Positions 1 through 11,500 of a DNA stretch of 59,796 nucleotides are shown in pieces (the first letter of the stretch is position 1; each line of letters begins with the position of its first letter). Under the pieces are notes generated by a model. That model searched no databases, had not been told where the DNA came from, and saw only the letters and a program-made list of their open reading frames with translations. Location of the stretch: the IMG/VR virus record IMGVR_UViG_3300032214_001248, positions 1-59,796 of that record, one strand, 5' to 3'. The position numbers and the translations under genes were made by a program. Source of the DNA: a virus (lineage: Duplodnaviria; Caudoviricetes).

Positions 1-360
1 AGCACTTAATGCTGCTCCAGGAACTTGTGCTGTAGTATCTGATGAATAAGTTAACTTATCCATTGTTGATCTTGGACCAGGAAAACCACCACCAAAGTAT
101 CCTGCTATTGAGTTTCCTGTTGCTGCAAGAGAAATACGAGCAGCACTTAATGCTGCACCAGGAACTGTTGTTCTTGTGTCGGTTGAATAAGCAACCTTAT
201 CCATTGTTGATATATCACCCGGCAAAATATTACCACCACCAAAGTACCCAGTATTTGGTGTGGCATCATTTATAAACACCTCTTCTGGAGGAACCCAGTT
301 ATTATCCCTAATTTCTGACAGTACTTCAGATAAAACAAAAGTCCCCCTAGTTTCAGCCAT
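1..360 (-). CDS. Kelch-like/beta-propeller repeat protein, N-terminal part (runs off window start)
   Basis: Not in ORF track. ATG at 360 overlaps the stop of the upstream gene. Open frame MAETRGTFVLSEV...TGYFGGG...STMDKVAYSTDT...VPGAALSAAR...AGYFGGG...STMDKLTYSSDT...VPGAALSA has a ~47-aa repeat with GYFGGG. Confidence 0.75.
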   Translation of the reverse strand, partial: MAETRGTFVLSEVLSEIRDNNWVPPEEVFINDATPNTGYFGGGNILPGDISTMDKVAYSTDTRTTVPGAALSAARISLAATGNSIAGYFGGGFPGPRSTMDKLTYSSDTTAQVPGAALSA

Positions 361-859
361 TTTTTATAATTATCTTCTGAAAGAGTATAGAAGTATTTAG
401 ATTAGTAGCATAAGAATGCCATAAATCACTTCTAAATAAGACCATTCGATTGTATTTTGCAACAATATTTCCATACTCTTTCCATAAACTCAAATCAGAC
501 TTAAAAACTTCTGAAAGATTATTTTCAGTAATCTGATATTTATTTGCTTCTTCTGAAGTTGGAAATGTTTCCAGTCCTGTTGCAAGATGAGAATAAAATT
601 TAATTCCAGTCTCGCCAAAGGATTGCATTGGTAACGCCAAATAAATGACTGCAATCCAATCAGATGCAATATGAGCGACAACACCCAAATCACCACCAAC
701 TTCATTTGTTGCCGAAATGATTTCAATAGGATTTCCTATGACTTCTGTAAGTTTACTTACAGTTTCATTAGTAATCACACATCGATTCTCAAAAAAACCT
801 TTATGATATTGATGTGGAATATCATAAAGGTTATCAACTATAAAAATTTTCTCTCTCAT
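353..859 (-). CDS. putative 2OG-Fe(II) oxygenase-like protein (DUF6445-like)
   Basis: N-terminal IFIVDNLY, AVIYL...G..FY and C-terminal AKYNRMVLFRSDLWHS are typical of this phage oxygenase-like family. Confidence 0.6.
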   Translation of the reverse strand: MREKIFIVDNLYDIPHQYHKGFFENRCVITNETVSKLTEVIGNPIEIISATNEVGGDLGVVAHIASDWIAVIYLALPMQSFGETGIKFYSHLATGLETFPTSEEANKYQITENNLSEVFKSDLSLWKEYGNIVAKYNRMVLFRSDLWHSYATNLNTSILFQKIIIKNG

Positions 860-1707
860 TCTGGAGTATTATTTCCTTCAATTTGAGTTTGTGTTGCTGC
901 AGGTTTAATTGCCGCACCATAACCTAAATCAGTACCAGTGATTTTTTCGTAACCTCTCATAACCTTACTTTGAAGATCATTAATGAACTCCATTCTTCCT
1001 CTTGAATCCAAAAGTTTATCCATAGGTAGATAACCTTCCTTGAACTGATTTCGTGGATCAACCATTGAAGGAGCAGATGCACGACGCATTGCTTGTAGGT
1101 TTGCACCAGAAATACCAGTTTGTGCTGCCATCAGATCATCAAGTGCTTGTTCTGCAAGTCTTGTATCCCAATACTCTTGATTCTCTTCCAGGAACTGCTC
1201 TCTTGTTGGAGGAGTACCACCGTTTTGTTCAACCAGTTTCTCAAGCATACTATCCAGATGCTGAAGTTGGTGGAGACGATCACGGATTTCAAGTTCAGAA
1301 CCTTTGAGATAATGAGCCATCTCAAGTTCTTCTAGGTCATACCAACAAAGTTTTTTGCCACCACCAGGACCACCAGTTTCCCACATAATGGGTTGAGTTT
1401 TATCTTTTCCTTCCCACTTATACTCAAACTCACGAACTCTTTCTTTCATTTCAATGAGTTTTCCCATATATCCAGCAGCCATAATACGACGCTCTTTGAG
1501 AATATGCTCAAAGGATACGGAGATATTGTGAGTGTTTAGACCAATGAACTTTTCGATTTGGAAGTTAGTTCTTCCTTGAGCCATTTCTTTATCGCTTTCT
1601 TCCCAAGCAAAGACATTTTCTGATGCTTGCTTTAGATAATCGTCATTAAAAACAGCATCTTGAGCGTTAATTGGTGCATAAGTCAATGCAGTGATTTCTT
1701 CAGACAT
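856..1707 (-). CDS. hypothetical protein, helical/coiled-coil
   Basis: 283-aa ORF with phage-like codon use and a 4-bp overlap with the next gene. Confidence 0.7.
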   Translation of the reverse strand: MSEEITALTYAPINAQDAVFNDDYLKQASENVFAWEESDKEMAQGRTNFQIEKFIGLNTHNISVSFEHILKERRIMAAGYMGKLIEMKERVREFEYKWEGKDKTQPIMWETGGPGGGKKLCWYDLEELEMAHYLKGSELEIRDRLHQLQHLDSMLEKLVEQNGGTPPTREQFLEENQEYWDTRLAEQALDDLMAAQTGISGANLQAMRRASAPSMVDPRNQFKEGYLPMDKLLDSRGRMEFINDLQSKVMRGYEKITGTDLGYGAAIKPAATQTQIEGNNTPE

Positions 1708-1750
1708 AATTTTTTCAAGTTTGAAAATTTGTACTACTATATATGAACGT

Positions 1751-3445
1751 TTAACTAACTGAACTTTGTGCTAGAAGTTCGGTTGCCACTTGCTTACCCC
1801 ACTTTTTCTCAAAATGTCTACGATAATTTTTTTCTCTTGTTAAAGTTTTTTCCTTTGGTTCATTGCTTCTCCAGGTTGATTTTCCAGAGAAATGAATAAG
1901 ATAAGAATTGTAATTTAGATCAACATTAAATCCAAGTTGATTAACTCTTAAACGATAATCAACATCCTCTCCACCATTCTCAAAGTTTTCATCTAAAAAT
2001 CCAGCAGTGGATAAGATTTCGTGAGGAATATAGAAACAATGGAAACCAATGATTGATTTATTAATTTGTTCTGGATTTACATTCAGAGTCTTAACAAACT
2101 CATTCAACTCATTTTCTTTTCCTTCAAGGTCTTCTAGATCCATTACTGGTTCTATTTTAAGACTTCCATAATCTCCAACTAGTTTTTGATTGCAAAGTGG
2201 AACTAAAACAGTGTTTCTGGAATTGTAGTCTTGATTCCAATTTTCTGTAAAAACAACATCATTACTCAAACCAAAGAAGTCTACTTCATCAACCAGAGAA
2301 AGTTTCATTACAAAGTTCATATTCTCTGCAAATGTTTTTGGCGTATTATTTGCAATCAGAGTAATGTGCTCTCGATAATCTGTCAGAGAATACTGCCCAT
2401 CATTATCAATCAAGAAAAACTTATCCTTTTCTCCCAATTCAGTATTCTGAAAGAAAGATTTAAGTGCAAGATCAGTATATTTTTCAGTGCTCTTTGTACT
2501 TGTCATACAATAATATACTGGTCTCTTTTCAGTTTTATGATTTTGGACTGTATCAACTAGATTTTTCCATTGCTCTGCAATTTTCTTCCAATCATACTTT
2601 TCTGTTACATAATCTGAAATCAATTTAGAGACTTCCTGATAAAACTTTGGTTCTTTATCATAATAATCCAGTGCTAAACAACAAGCATCGGCAAACTGAC
2701 GAATAAAATTATCAGTAACTTTCCAACCTTTTGATGTATTCTCACCTTCAATTGGAATAACCGTCGCATTCTTTTCACCAGCAACCTCTGCAAGTGCTCC
2801 AATATCTGTAATAATTGGATATGCCCCACACTTCATTGCTTCAATCATCGAAACACCAAATGTTTCTTCCCAAATATTTGGATGAATAAAGAATGCTGCT
2901 TCCTGATAATGCCTAATCAACTCCTCACGTTCAATAACAGGGGAATATTCGACATTTGGGAGAGTCTTCAGATACTCATAAAGTTCAATAAACTGGTCAT
3001 TAGATGGTCCATAAAGAGACATAGAAGAGAAAATCTTAAACTTCACATCTTTATGAACTTGAGAAATCAAAGGAATAACCTTTGATAATACTTCAAGACC
3101 TTTATATGGAATTGAAGTAAAGATCATTGTCTTTGTTTTTTGAGTTGAATGTTGGAACATTTCAGCAACTCCATTTGGAATCACTGAAATTTTATGTTCA
3201 GGAACATTCAAAAATCTTACAAGTTGATCTTTGTTCCACTGTGAAGGTGAAACAATATGATCCACAGTGTTATGATCAAAGTTCAGAAAGACTGGTTGAT
3301 CATAAGCGTGATGTGCCCATATAATCTTGTATTGATGATTTGATTTTTTAATCTCTTCGGGTAAATGCGAAACAAAAACATTTTCTGGAAATGTATAGTG
3401 TTCTTGCAAATACAAATAAGACGTTTCAGTTGCACCAGATTTCAT
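1751..3445 (-). CDS. two-domain glycosyltransferase (GT-B/GT4-like fused to GT-A/GT2-like)
   Basis: N-half has VIPNGV, PYKGLEVL and WEETFGVSMIEAMKCGAYPIITDIGALAEV (GT4 signature). C-half has LIDND, LSNDVVFT and GFLDENFENGGEDVDYRLR (GT2 signature). Confidence 0.85.
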   Translation of the reverse strand: MKSGATETSYLYLQEHYTFPENVFVSHLPEEIKKSNHQYKIIWAHHAYDQPVFLNFDHNTVDHIVSPSQWNKDQLVRFLNVPEHKISVIPNGVAEMFQHSTQKTKTMIFTSIPYKGLEVLSKVIPLISQVHKDVKFKIFSSMSLYGPSNDQFIELYEYLKTLPNVEYSPVIEREELIRHYQEAAFFIHPNIWEETFGVSMIEAMKCGAYPIITDIGALAEVAGEKNATVIPIEGENTSKGWKVTDNFIRQFADACCLALDYYDKEPKFYQEVSKLISDYVTEKYDWKKIAEQWKNLVDTVQNHKTEKRPVYYCMTSTKSTEKYTDLALKSFFQNTELGEKDKFFLIDNDGQYSLTDYREHITLIANNTPKTFAENMNFVMKLSLVDEVDFFGLSNDVVFTENWNQDYNSRNTVLVPLCNQKLVGDYGSLKIEPVMDLEDLEGKENELNEFVKTLNVNPEQINKSIIGFHCFYIPHEILSTAGFLDENFENGGEDVDYRLRVNQLGFNVDLNYNSYLIHFSGKSTWRSNEPKEKTLTREKNYRRHFEKKWGKQVATELLAQSSVS

Positions 3446-3448
3446 AAA

Positions 3449-3880
3449 TTACCTCCCTTTTGTTGATTTTTCTTTAATAATAAAGTCTAAAAATTCTTTT
3501 GACCCATAGTTTGTCCATCCACCAGAAATTTGAACTTTAATTGGTATAGTAGTTGTGTAATGATAATGGAATAACCAATTCAAAACTATAGAATCCATTT
3601 TTTGTCCGCATTCCAAAACCTCAAGATAATTACCACCAGACCATTTTCTTTTAGTAATAATAACTTTAGAAATGTTTGGTTTTAACCATTCTGGTATTTC
3701 CAAATTATCTAACCATTCGCATTTATAATTTTTGCAAGGATCATCTGGTCGATTTTCATAAATTGTACATTCACTTTCACATTTAAAATGGCAAGGTCTT
3801 CCAGATTGGAAATAGTGACCGTGTGCATCTCCAACTAACCACCCCTCACAGCAGGCAGTGCAACCATTACATCCTCTCAT
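3449..3880 (-). CDS. cysteine-cluster (YkgJ-like, Fe-S/Zn-binding) protein
   Basis: CNGCTACC...PCHF...CTIYENRPDDPCKNYKCEWL. Confidence 0.7.
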   Translation of the reverse strand: MRGCNGCTACCEGWLVGDAHGHYFQSGRPCHFKCESECTIYENRPDDPCKNYKCEWLDNLEIPEWLKPNISKVIITKRKWSGGNYLEVLECGQKMDSIVLNWLFHYHYTTTIPIKVQISGGWTNYGSKEFLDFIIKEKSTKGR

Positions 3881-3884
3881 AACA

Positions 3885-4538
3885 CTAACCTTGATAAATG
3901 TGATAACCAGTGTGATTGAGTTTAATTGTTGGATCTAACCAAATATTATAACCGACTTGTTGTGCTCTATGAAAGAAACTTTTATCTTCCGACATAAAAC
4001 CATTTTGAGTTTGATGTTCTGCAAAGTAGTGATATGAATTATTCACCTCTGCAGAAGTATGTGGAGTATCTGAATGATAATCCGAAGGAATATACTTGAG
4101 ACCTGGATTTTGTTTTGCAATATCAAGAAACACTTGACGATGTATTAGAACAAATCCCATTCCATTTCCATTGATTCTCACCAAATCTCCTCGCCTTTGT
4201 TCTGGTTGAACAATATCTACACAGTATCGTTCTGGAATAATCTTCATTGGATAAGCACCAGAAACAATCGGAACTTGATGTGATAGTAATTTTAGCACAT
4301 CTTCCGAATTAAATCCAATGTCACTGTCCAAAAAGAACAAGTAATCGTGTTCTGTGTTGTTAATGAAAAAGTTTGCTACTTTGGACCTTGCTTGTGTAAT
4401 CAACGAAGAATTTGTCAGAGTTAATAGTCCATGAGGAATATCATTTCTGACAAATGCTTTAGCAAGATTAAACAACCCAAGAGTAGTTTTTTCACTCACA
4501 ATACCTCCCATACATGGAAGACCAATCATTATACTCAT
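3885..4538 (-). CDS. GT-A fold glycosyltransferase-like protein
   Basis: SLITQARS, DYLFFLDSDIGF (DxD), GMGFVLIHRQVF, MSEDKSFF and IWLDPTIKLNHTG. Confidence 0.8.
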   Translation of the reverse strand: MSIMIGLPCMGGIVSEKTTLGLFNLAKAFVRNDIPHGLLTLTNSSLITQARSKVANFFINNTEHDYLFFLDSDIGFNSEDVLKLLSHQVPIVSGAYPMKIIPERYCVDIVQPEQRRGDLVRINGNGMGFVLIHRQVFLDIAKQNPGLKYIPSDYHSDTPHTSAEVNNSYHYFAEHQTQNGFMSEDKSFFHRAQQVGYNIWLDPTIKLNHTGYHIYQG

Positions 4539-4553
4539 ATTAGTTTTTTAATA

Positions 4554-4562
4554 ATTATAGCA
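4554..4562 (-). promoter_or_regulatory. possible extended -10 sigma70-type promoter for the glycosyltransferase cluster
   Basis: TGCTATAAT on the minus strand 15 nt upstream of the ATG at 4538; no good -35. Confidence 0.4.
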
Positions 4563-4570
4563 CAAAATTA

Positions 4571-5383
4571 TTAGATTATAGCTTTTCCCGAAATCTGAAC
4601 GTGAATTGTTGATAATTGTTCAACTTTAATCCTGAGAACATCATTGACATTTAATCTCTTTGGAGTTTCCAAAAGTTCCACACTTGCATATTTTGGGACA
4701 ACCAAGTTATTTACAAGACTTCTAGTATTAATGCCACTTGTAACTGTGATAGAGATTGGATAACCACCTAGGTCCGTAGTATTTGTTAAACGAATTGATT
4801 GAAGAATGGATGCCTGTGTTGCAGTGTAAATTCCAATCGGAGCAGTTGTGCTAATGCCAGATTCCCCAAATCCTAATCCAAAATAATCTGTTGCAGTTTT
4901 TTCTTGATACGTCACAAAAACTTGAACACCACTATCAATACCAACACGATCAATGTCGGTTGCTCTCATTATAATTCTATCGGAGGGATTTAGAATTTGT
5001 GGTTGATTCAAAAGTTCAACTGCAGACCCAGTTGGAATTGGAATATTATAAGCAAAGTAACTTCTCCCTCCATTGACAAAATCAAATGCACCAATGACAT
5101 TGAGTTCTGTATTAAAACCAACATTAGATGCATGAATCGAATGAACAATATATTCTTTTCCTGCTGTTGAAGGAATTGTAAGAACTGTTACGCCAACTCC
5201 AGATATAATTGTATTTGTGGAACTTGTAATACCCGTGTTAAATGAACTACCATCAACAATAATACCTGTTAACTTGCTGCCATCGCCATAATATGTGGTA
5301 GTTCCAGTATTGCCAACACCTATAACATTGGTAACGTTTCTAGAATCGTCAATGACAATGGTTGCCCCTACGTTATATGACAT
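4571..5383 (-). CDS. virion/tail-fibre-associated protein with internal domain duplication
   Basis: Fibre-type YYGDGSKLTGI motif. Two similar beta-rich halves (IPIPTGSAVELLNQPQILN / VVPKYASVELLETPKRLN). Confidence 0.6.
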   Translation of the reverse strand: MSYNVGATIVIDDSRNVTNVIGVGNTGTTTYYGDGSKLTGIIVDGSSFNTGITSSTNTIISGVGVTVLTIPSTAGKEYIVHSIHASNVGFNTELNVIGAFDFVNGGRSYFAYNIPIPTGSAVELLNQPQILNPSDRIIMRATDIDRVGIDSGVQVFVTYQEKTATDYFGLGFGESGISTTAPIGIYTATQASILQSIRLTNTTDLGGYPISITVTSGINTRSLVNNLVVPKYASVELLETPKRLNVNDVLRIKVEQLSTIHVQISGKAII

Positions 5384-5540
5384 CAGATTTAGAGTAAATG
5401 AATCCTAGGTTTATTTATCTACTCACCAGTCTGTAAACTTTTTTGAAATTTTTTAAAGTTACACTATAGGAATATTCTTTGTCTGTAGGTGACTTATATT
5501 CTGCTCAAGAAATTTTAGCAAAACTTATTTTGACTGATAC

Positions 5541-8500
5541 TTACTTCAAATTATCTACGATTTTTTGAAGTTTATCAATCTTTTCATTTTGCTCTTTAAT
5601 TGCTTCAATTAACACACCAATAATATTTCCATAAGATACTGATTTCAAACCACTATTACTAGTTTCAACTACTTCGGGAAGAACTTTTTCAATTTCTTGT
5701 GCAATAACACCAATTGAAGGTTTATTGTTATTTATCCAATCATAACGAACACCTTCAAGTTGTTTTACAAGGTCTATAGCATTTTCAATAGGTCTTATGT
5801 TGGTTTTTTGAGTTTGATCTGATAATGATGTTAGAATTGTTGCTGAAAGATTTCCTGTTGATGGATTAAACTGAAGATTTGTAGAAGAAACATTCACTGA
5901 AGAAATAGTTCCAGAAGTTGCATCCTCAAAAAGAATATATCTTGTTGCATCTGTGGAAGTATCATCACTTACGGACAGTGCAGTGGCAGTTGAATAAGTA
6001 TTACTGTCTATAGAACCATCTGCCTTTAAAAACTGACTTGAAGTTCCCCCTGGTCTTATAAAAGAGCTTGCTGTTACAACACCAGAAACATTAAGTTGTT
6101 TGGCAAATAATGTAGTACCAGTAACTGTAGTAATTCCAGCAAACGTTGAAATTCCAGATACATTAAGTGATCCAAGAGTTCCAACCGAAGTTAATGATGA
6201 ATTAACTACTCCAGAACCTAGAGTTGTTGATGTAAGAACTGAAGTATTGTTGATTTTATAATCATTACCCGTAGTAGCATTAAAACCACCTGAAGTTACA
6301 ATACCCGAAGCGTTTAATTGCTTGGTAAATAAAGTCGCTCCTGTTACTGTAGTAATTCCAGCAAACGTTGAAATTCCAGAGACATTTAATGAGTTTAATG
6401 TTCCAACCGAAGTTAATGATGAGTTAACAACACCAGAACCTAGAGTTGTTGCATTAAGAACTGAAGTGTTGTTAATTTCATAATCATTACCCGTAGTAGC
6501 ATTAAAACCACCAGAAGTTATGATTCCAGAAACTAATGTATTACCAACAACATGAAGTTTTGATGTTGGATTTGTAATACCAACTCCGAGATTACCAGAA
6601 GAAAGAATAGAAACTGTAGAAGATGATAAATTATTTCCAAAGGAGTTAATATATCCATCATATGTAATAACACCTAAACCAGTGTGAAAATAGATATCTC
6701 CAGTTGCTGCTAATCTGATATTATCTTGAATTGATGTTCCAGTATCATTACCTTTAAATATTAACAACTCAGACTTATCACTAGCACCATAAAGTCTTTC
6801 GGAAATTACTGTGTGATTATATCCACTATCTCCATTAGCACCAGGGAATCTGATTTGACTTTCCGAAAAAATTGAACAAGCTCCATTAGTAGTTAAAGAA
6901 GTTGCAGCAACAACAGTAAATGTATTTGAGTCTGTTACTGTTACTTGATTATAATATGAATCAACCGCAGTTCCTGTACTATAATCAATATAAACAGAAT
7001 CCCCAGTAGTTAATCCATGATTAGTACAAGTAACGGTTACAGTTGTTGTACCAACCATCACATATGTACCAGTTTTATTGGCAACACCAATTCTCAAATT
7101 AGTTCCTAAATCAGTGTATCCTGGTGTAGTAGTGTTTTTACCAACACTAAATCCAGCAGTAGTGTTTAAATAAGAACCCGAAGTATTATTAGAATCTAAA
7201 ACTAATCTTAGAGTGCCAGAACCATCTCTAGCAGCAAATTGCATATTATTTGAGGCATCTTGGTAGATACCAGCTTCATTTGAAATACCTGTTGTAACTG
7301 CTCTAACTAACCATCTTGCTGCAGATGCAGTTTGATTAGTTACATTAAATATGTTAATCGCAGTATTTGCTATAGCAACCGCACCGGATGTTAAATTAAT
7401 TGCAAGTGGTCTCAAACTATTGAAAGTCCCTGAAGGAGTTGTTCCAGCAGCACTTAATAGATGATAATACTCACTACCATCATTTCTTAAAATTACTGTA
7501 GGAACATTAGTTCCAGTATGTAAAAGTAATTGATTTCCTGCGTTTACAAACTGACCCAATCCAGCAACATCTAATTTTGCAGTTGGATTTGTGGATCCTA
7601 TACCCAAAGAACCAGAAATATAAGCACTAGCACCATTAACTTGAAGTGTCTGTGATGCTGTTCCTGTTGATGTCCCAGAACCAATCAATACAGGTCCATT
7701 AGTAAATGTAGAAATTCCAGTTATTCGGAGATCATTAAAATTATTAGGTGCATTTATAATTGCAGATTCAATTGTTGCTGTTGTTGTGGCGTCGAGGGAA
7801 GCAATATTCTGAAGTTGTCTGGAGGAACTAACGATTTCAGTGGCACCAATGTTTAATGAGTTGGTAGTTGTAATACCAAAATTATTAATGTTTTGTACTA
7901 ATAAATTAGTAGCAGTTGTAACTCCAAGAGTAGTTATTCCTGTTACAACAAGTCCTGCTGTAACAAGTCTAGTAAGAGTTCCAACAGAAGTTAATGATGA
8001 GTTAACAACACCAGAACCTAGAGTTGTTGCATTAAGAACTGAAGTGTTGTTAATTTCATAATCATTACCCGTAGTAGCATTAAAACCACTAGAAGTTACG
8101 ATACCAGAAACTAATGCATCACCAACAACATGAAGTTTCGATGTTGGAGTTATGGTCCCTATACCCGTATTTCCAGTTAAAGTTGTGGCAATTATAGTTC
8201 CACCAGTTCCTACTCTAAGAATTCCTGTTGTGGTGACACCAGATACATTAAGTGTTCCAAGAGTTCCAACAGAAGTTAATGATGAATTAACAACACCAGA
8301 ACCTAGAGTTGTTGCATTAAGAACTGAAGTATTGTTTATTGTATAATCATTACCTGTAGTAAGATTAAAACTACTAGAAGTTACGATACCAGAAACTAAT
8401 GCATTACCAACAACATGAAGTTTCGATACTGGATTTGTGGTTCCTATACCTGCATCTCCATTGTCAGTTACTACAAATACTCTACCATTAGTAGATATTC

Positions 8501-11500
8501 CTAAAGCATTTGCTACTCCTACTTGAAATCTTTGTAAAGGATTTGTAGTTCCTATGCCAGCATTTCCACTTTGTAAAAATCTTGCCCATTCAGTACTACC
8601 TTGTCCAAATGCCATTCCACCATTAGCACCATTTGGATTATATTCAATATATCCTTGTTCAGTTAAATCAGTTACGTTAACTAACTTTGTTGATGCACTA
8701 GTCCAACTACTTCCCGTCTCATTTCTTGTTGCTTTGATTCTCAAATATGTCGTATTATTATTGAGATAAACAAACTGTGCAACGGTAAGTGCAGAACCAA
8801 CAGTTCCTGGAAGTGTGATTCCAGTTCCAACGTTTGAAATAGTAGCATTCGGTGAGAGTTGTAAATTTGCTGATGGATTAGTAACACCAACTCCAAGATT
8901 ACCAAAAACATAAGCACCACCACTACTAACTTGGAGTGGTTGTGATGCTGTTCCTGTTGATGTTCCACTACCTATTAATAGAGAACCATTTTGTAAAGAT
9001 AATACTATAGTACCTGGATTATAAGCAAGATTAGTATTTGCTCTAATAGATCCTACACCAGAAACTCCTTCAAAGAAAGTTAAATATCTAGTTGCATTTT
9101 GAGTGTCTGATATGACTGCAACAGTAGCAGCACCACCTACTAATGTTCCAGTAATATTATCTACATAAAAATTTGACCATCTTTTACTTGGAGAACCAAT
9201 ATTATAAGTAGCGTCTATAGATGGCAGAACATCACCACCAAAAGTAGAAATGCCAGAAGTGTTTAATTGCTTGGTAAATAAAGTCGCTCCTGTTACTGTA
9301 GTAATTCCAGCAAACGTTGAAATTCCAGTAATATTGAGATTTTGTGAAGTTAAACTTGTTGCTCCCGCAATACCTAAAGTAGATACGCCAGCATTAATTT
9401 GTCCACTAAATGTTCTTGCCGTTACAACACCAGTAAAGTTTCCATCACCAACAACAAAAAGTTTAGAAGTTGGTGCATCAGATCCAATACCAAGATTAGT
9501 TCCGGTATTAATCGTGATCGTTCCAACACCAACAGTTGGTCCAATATTGATTTGAGTGAATGAACCAGAAGCACCACCAGTACCAAAGTTGATTGTTTTG
9601 GTTGTAGCAGCAGCAGAAACCCCAGTAGCAAGGTTGAGTATTTGAGAGGTGGTTGCTTGTCCTAATGTAATCGCACCAGTTTGCAATGCACCACCAATAG
9701 TAACTGTGCCTGTGGTGTATGATTGGGCAGTAAAGTTTTGAGTGGTTCCAGTATGAGCAATGTTGCCAGTACTAACAGTAATGTTCCCACTGAATGTTTG
9801 TGATAAACCAAGAGTTGCTACTGTATCATCGGCAGTAATTAATGGCAAATTAAGAGTTCTATTCGCAGCAATTGCAGCAGCGGCAATTCCATATTCAAAA
9901 GTGTTCGCTGGATTTCTTATTTTTAATTGAGAAGATAAGAATGTTGAAATTCCAGAGACATTTAATGAATTCAATGTTCCAACAGAAGTTAATGATGAGT
10001 TAACGACACCAGAACCTAGAGTTGTTGATGTAAGAACTGAAGTATTGTTGATTTCATAATCATTACCTGCCGTAGCATTAAAACCACTAGAAGTTACGAT
10101 ACCAGAAACTAATGCATTACCAATAACATGAAGTTTCGATGTTGGATTTGTAGATCCTATACCCAGAGAACCAAAGACATAAGCACCACCGCCATTAACT
10201 TGAAGTGGTTGTGATGCTGTTCCTGTTGATGTTCCACTACCTATTAATAGAGGACCATTGGTAAGTGTAGAAATTCCTGTTACAGTTACGTTTCTATCGA
10301 CATTTAAATCCGTATCGATATCTACTCTATTATTAAAGGTTGATAGTCCTGTTACAGTTACGTTCCTATCGACATTTAAATCAGTATCAATGTCTACTCT
10401 GCTATTAAAGGTTGATAGTCCTACTACAGTTAAGTTCCTATCGACATTTAAATCCGTATCGATATCTACTCTGCTATTAAAGGTTGATAGTCCTACTACA
10501 GTTACGTTCCTATCGACATTTAAATCCGTATCGATATCTACTCTATTGTTAAATGTAGAGATACCAGTTACCAATAATCTATCATCAACAGTTACCTGAC
10601 CAGCAAAAGAATCAATCGTTAAGATTCCGGATGTGGTATCAATCTCATTATCACCACTCACACCTATTTGGACATTATCAATATAGGCACCACCATTAGC
10701 ATCAATATAATTAGTAAATGTAGAGATGCCAGTTATAGTTGCATTCCTATCAACATTTAAATCAGTATCAATGTCTACTCTATTATTGAAGGTTGATAGT
10801 CCTACTACCGTTACGTTCCTATCAACATTTAAATCAGTATCAATGTCTACTCTATTATTGAAGGTTGATAGTCCTACTACCGTTACGTTCCTATCAACAT
10901 TTAAATCCGTATCAATGTCTACTCTATTATTAAATGTAGAGATACCTGTTACTAATACATCACCAACAACATGAATTTTTGATGTTGGATTTGTGGTTCC
11001 TATACCCACTCTAGATGCGGATAAAGGAACATAAACGTCGGAGTTGAAGGTTGATATTCCAGTTACTAATAATCTGTCATCAACAGTTACCTGACCAGCA
11101 AAAGAATCAATCGTTAAGATTCCGGATGTAGTATCAATTTCATTATCACCACTTATACCTATTTGAATGTTATCAATATAAGCACCGCCATTGGCATCAA
11201 TGTAATTAGTAAATGTGGAGATGCCAGTTACAGTTACGTTTCTATCGACATTTAAATCCGTATCAATATCTACTCTGCTATTAAATGTAGAAATGCCAGT
11301 TACTAATAATCTGTCATCAACAGTTACCTGACCAGCAAAAGAATCGAGAGTTAGAATCCCTGTGGTGGTATCAATCTCATTATCACCACTTACGCCTATC
11401 TGAACATTATCAATATAAGCACCACCATTAGCATCAATATAATTAGTAAATGTAGAAATTCCTGTTACAGTTACGTTCCTATCGACATTTAAATCCGTAT

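Noticed and set aside
5384-5540. 157-nt gap after the tail fibre as a possible ncRNA or gene remnant
   Set aside because: No convincing stem, ORF or motif beyond a TAAATA late-like site
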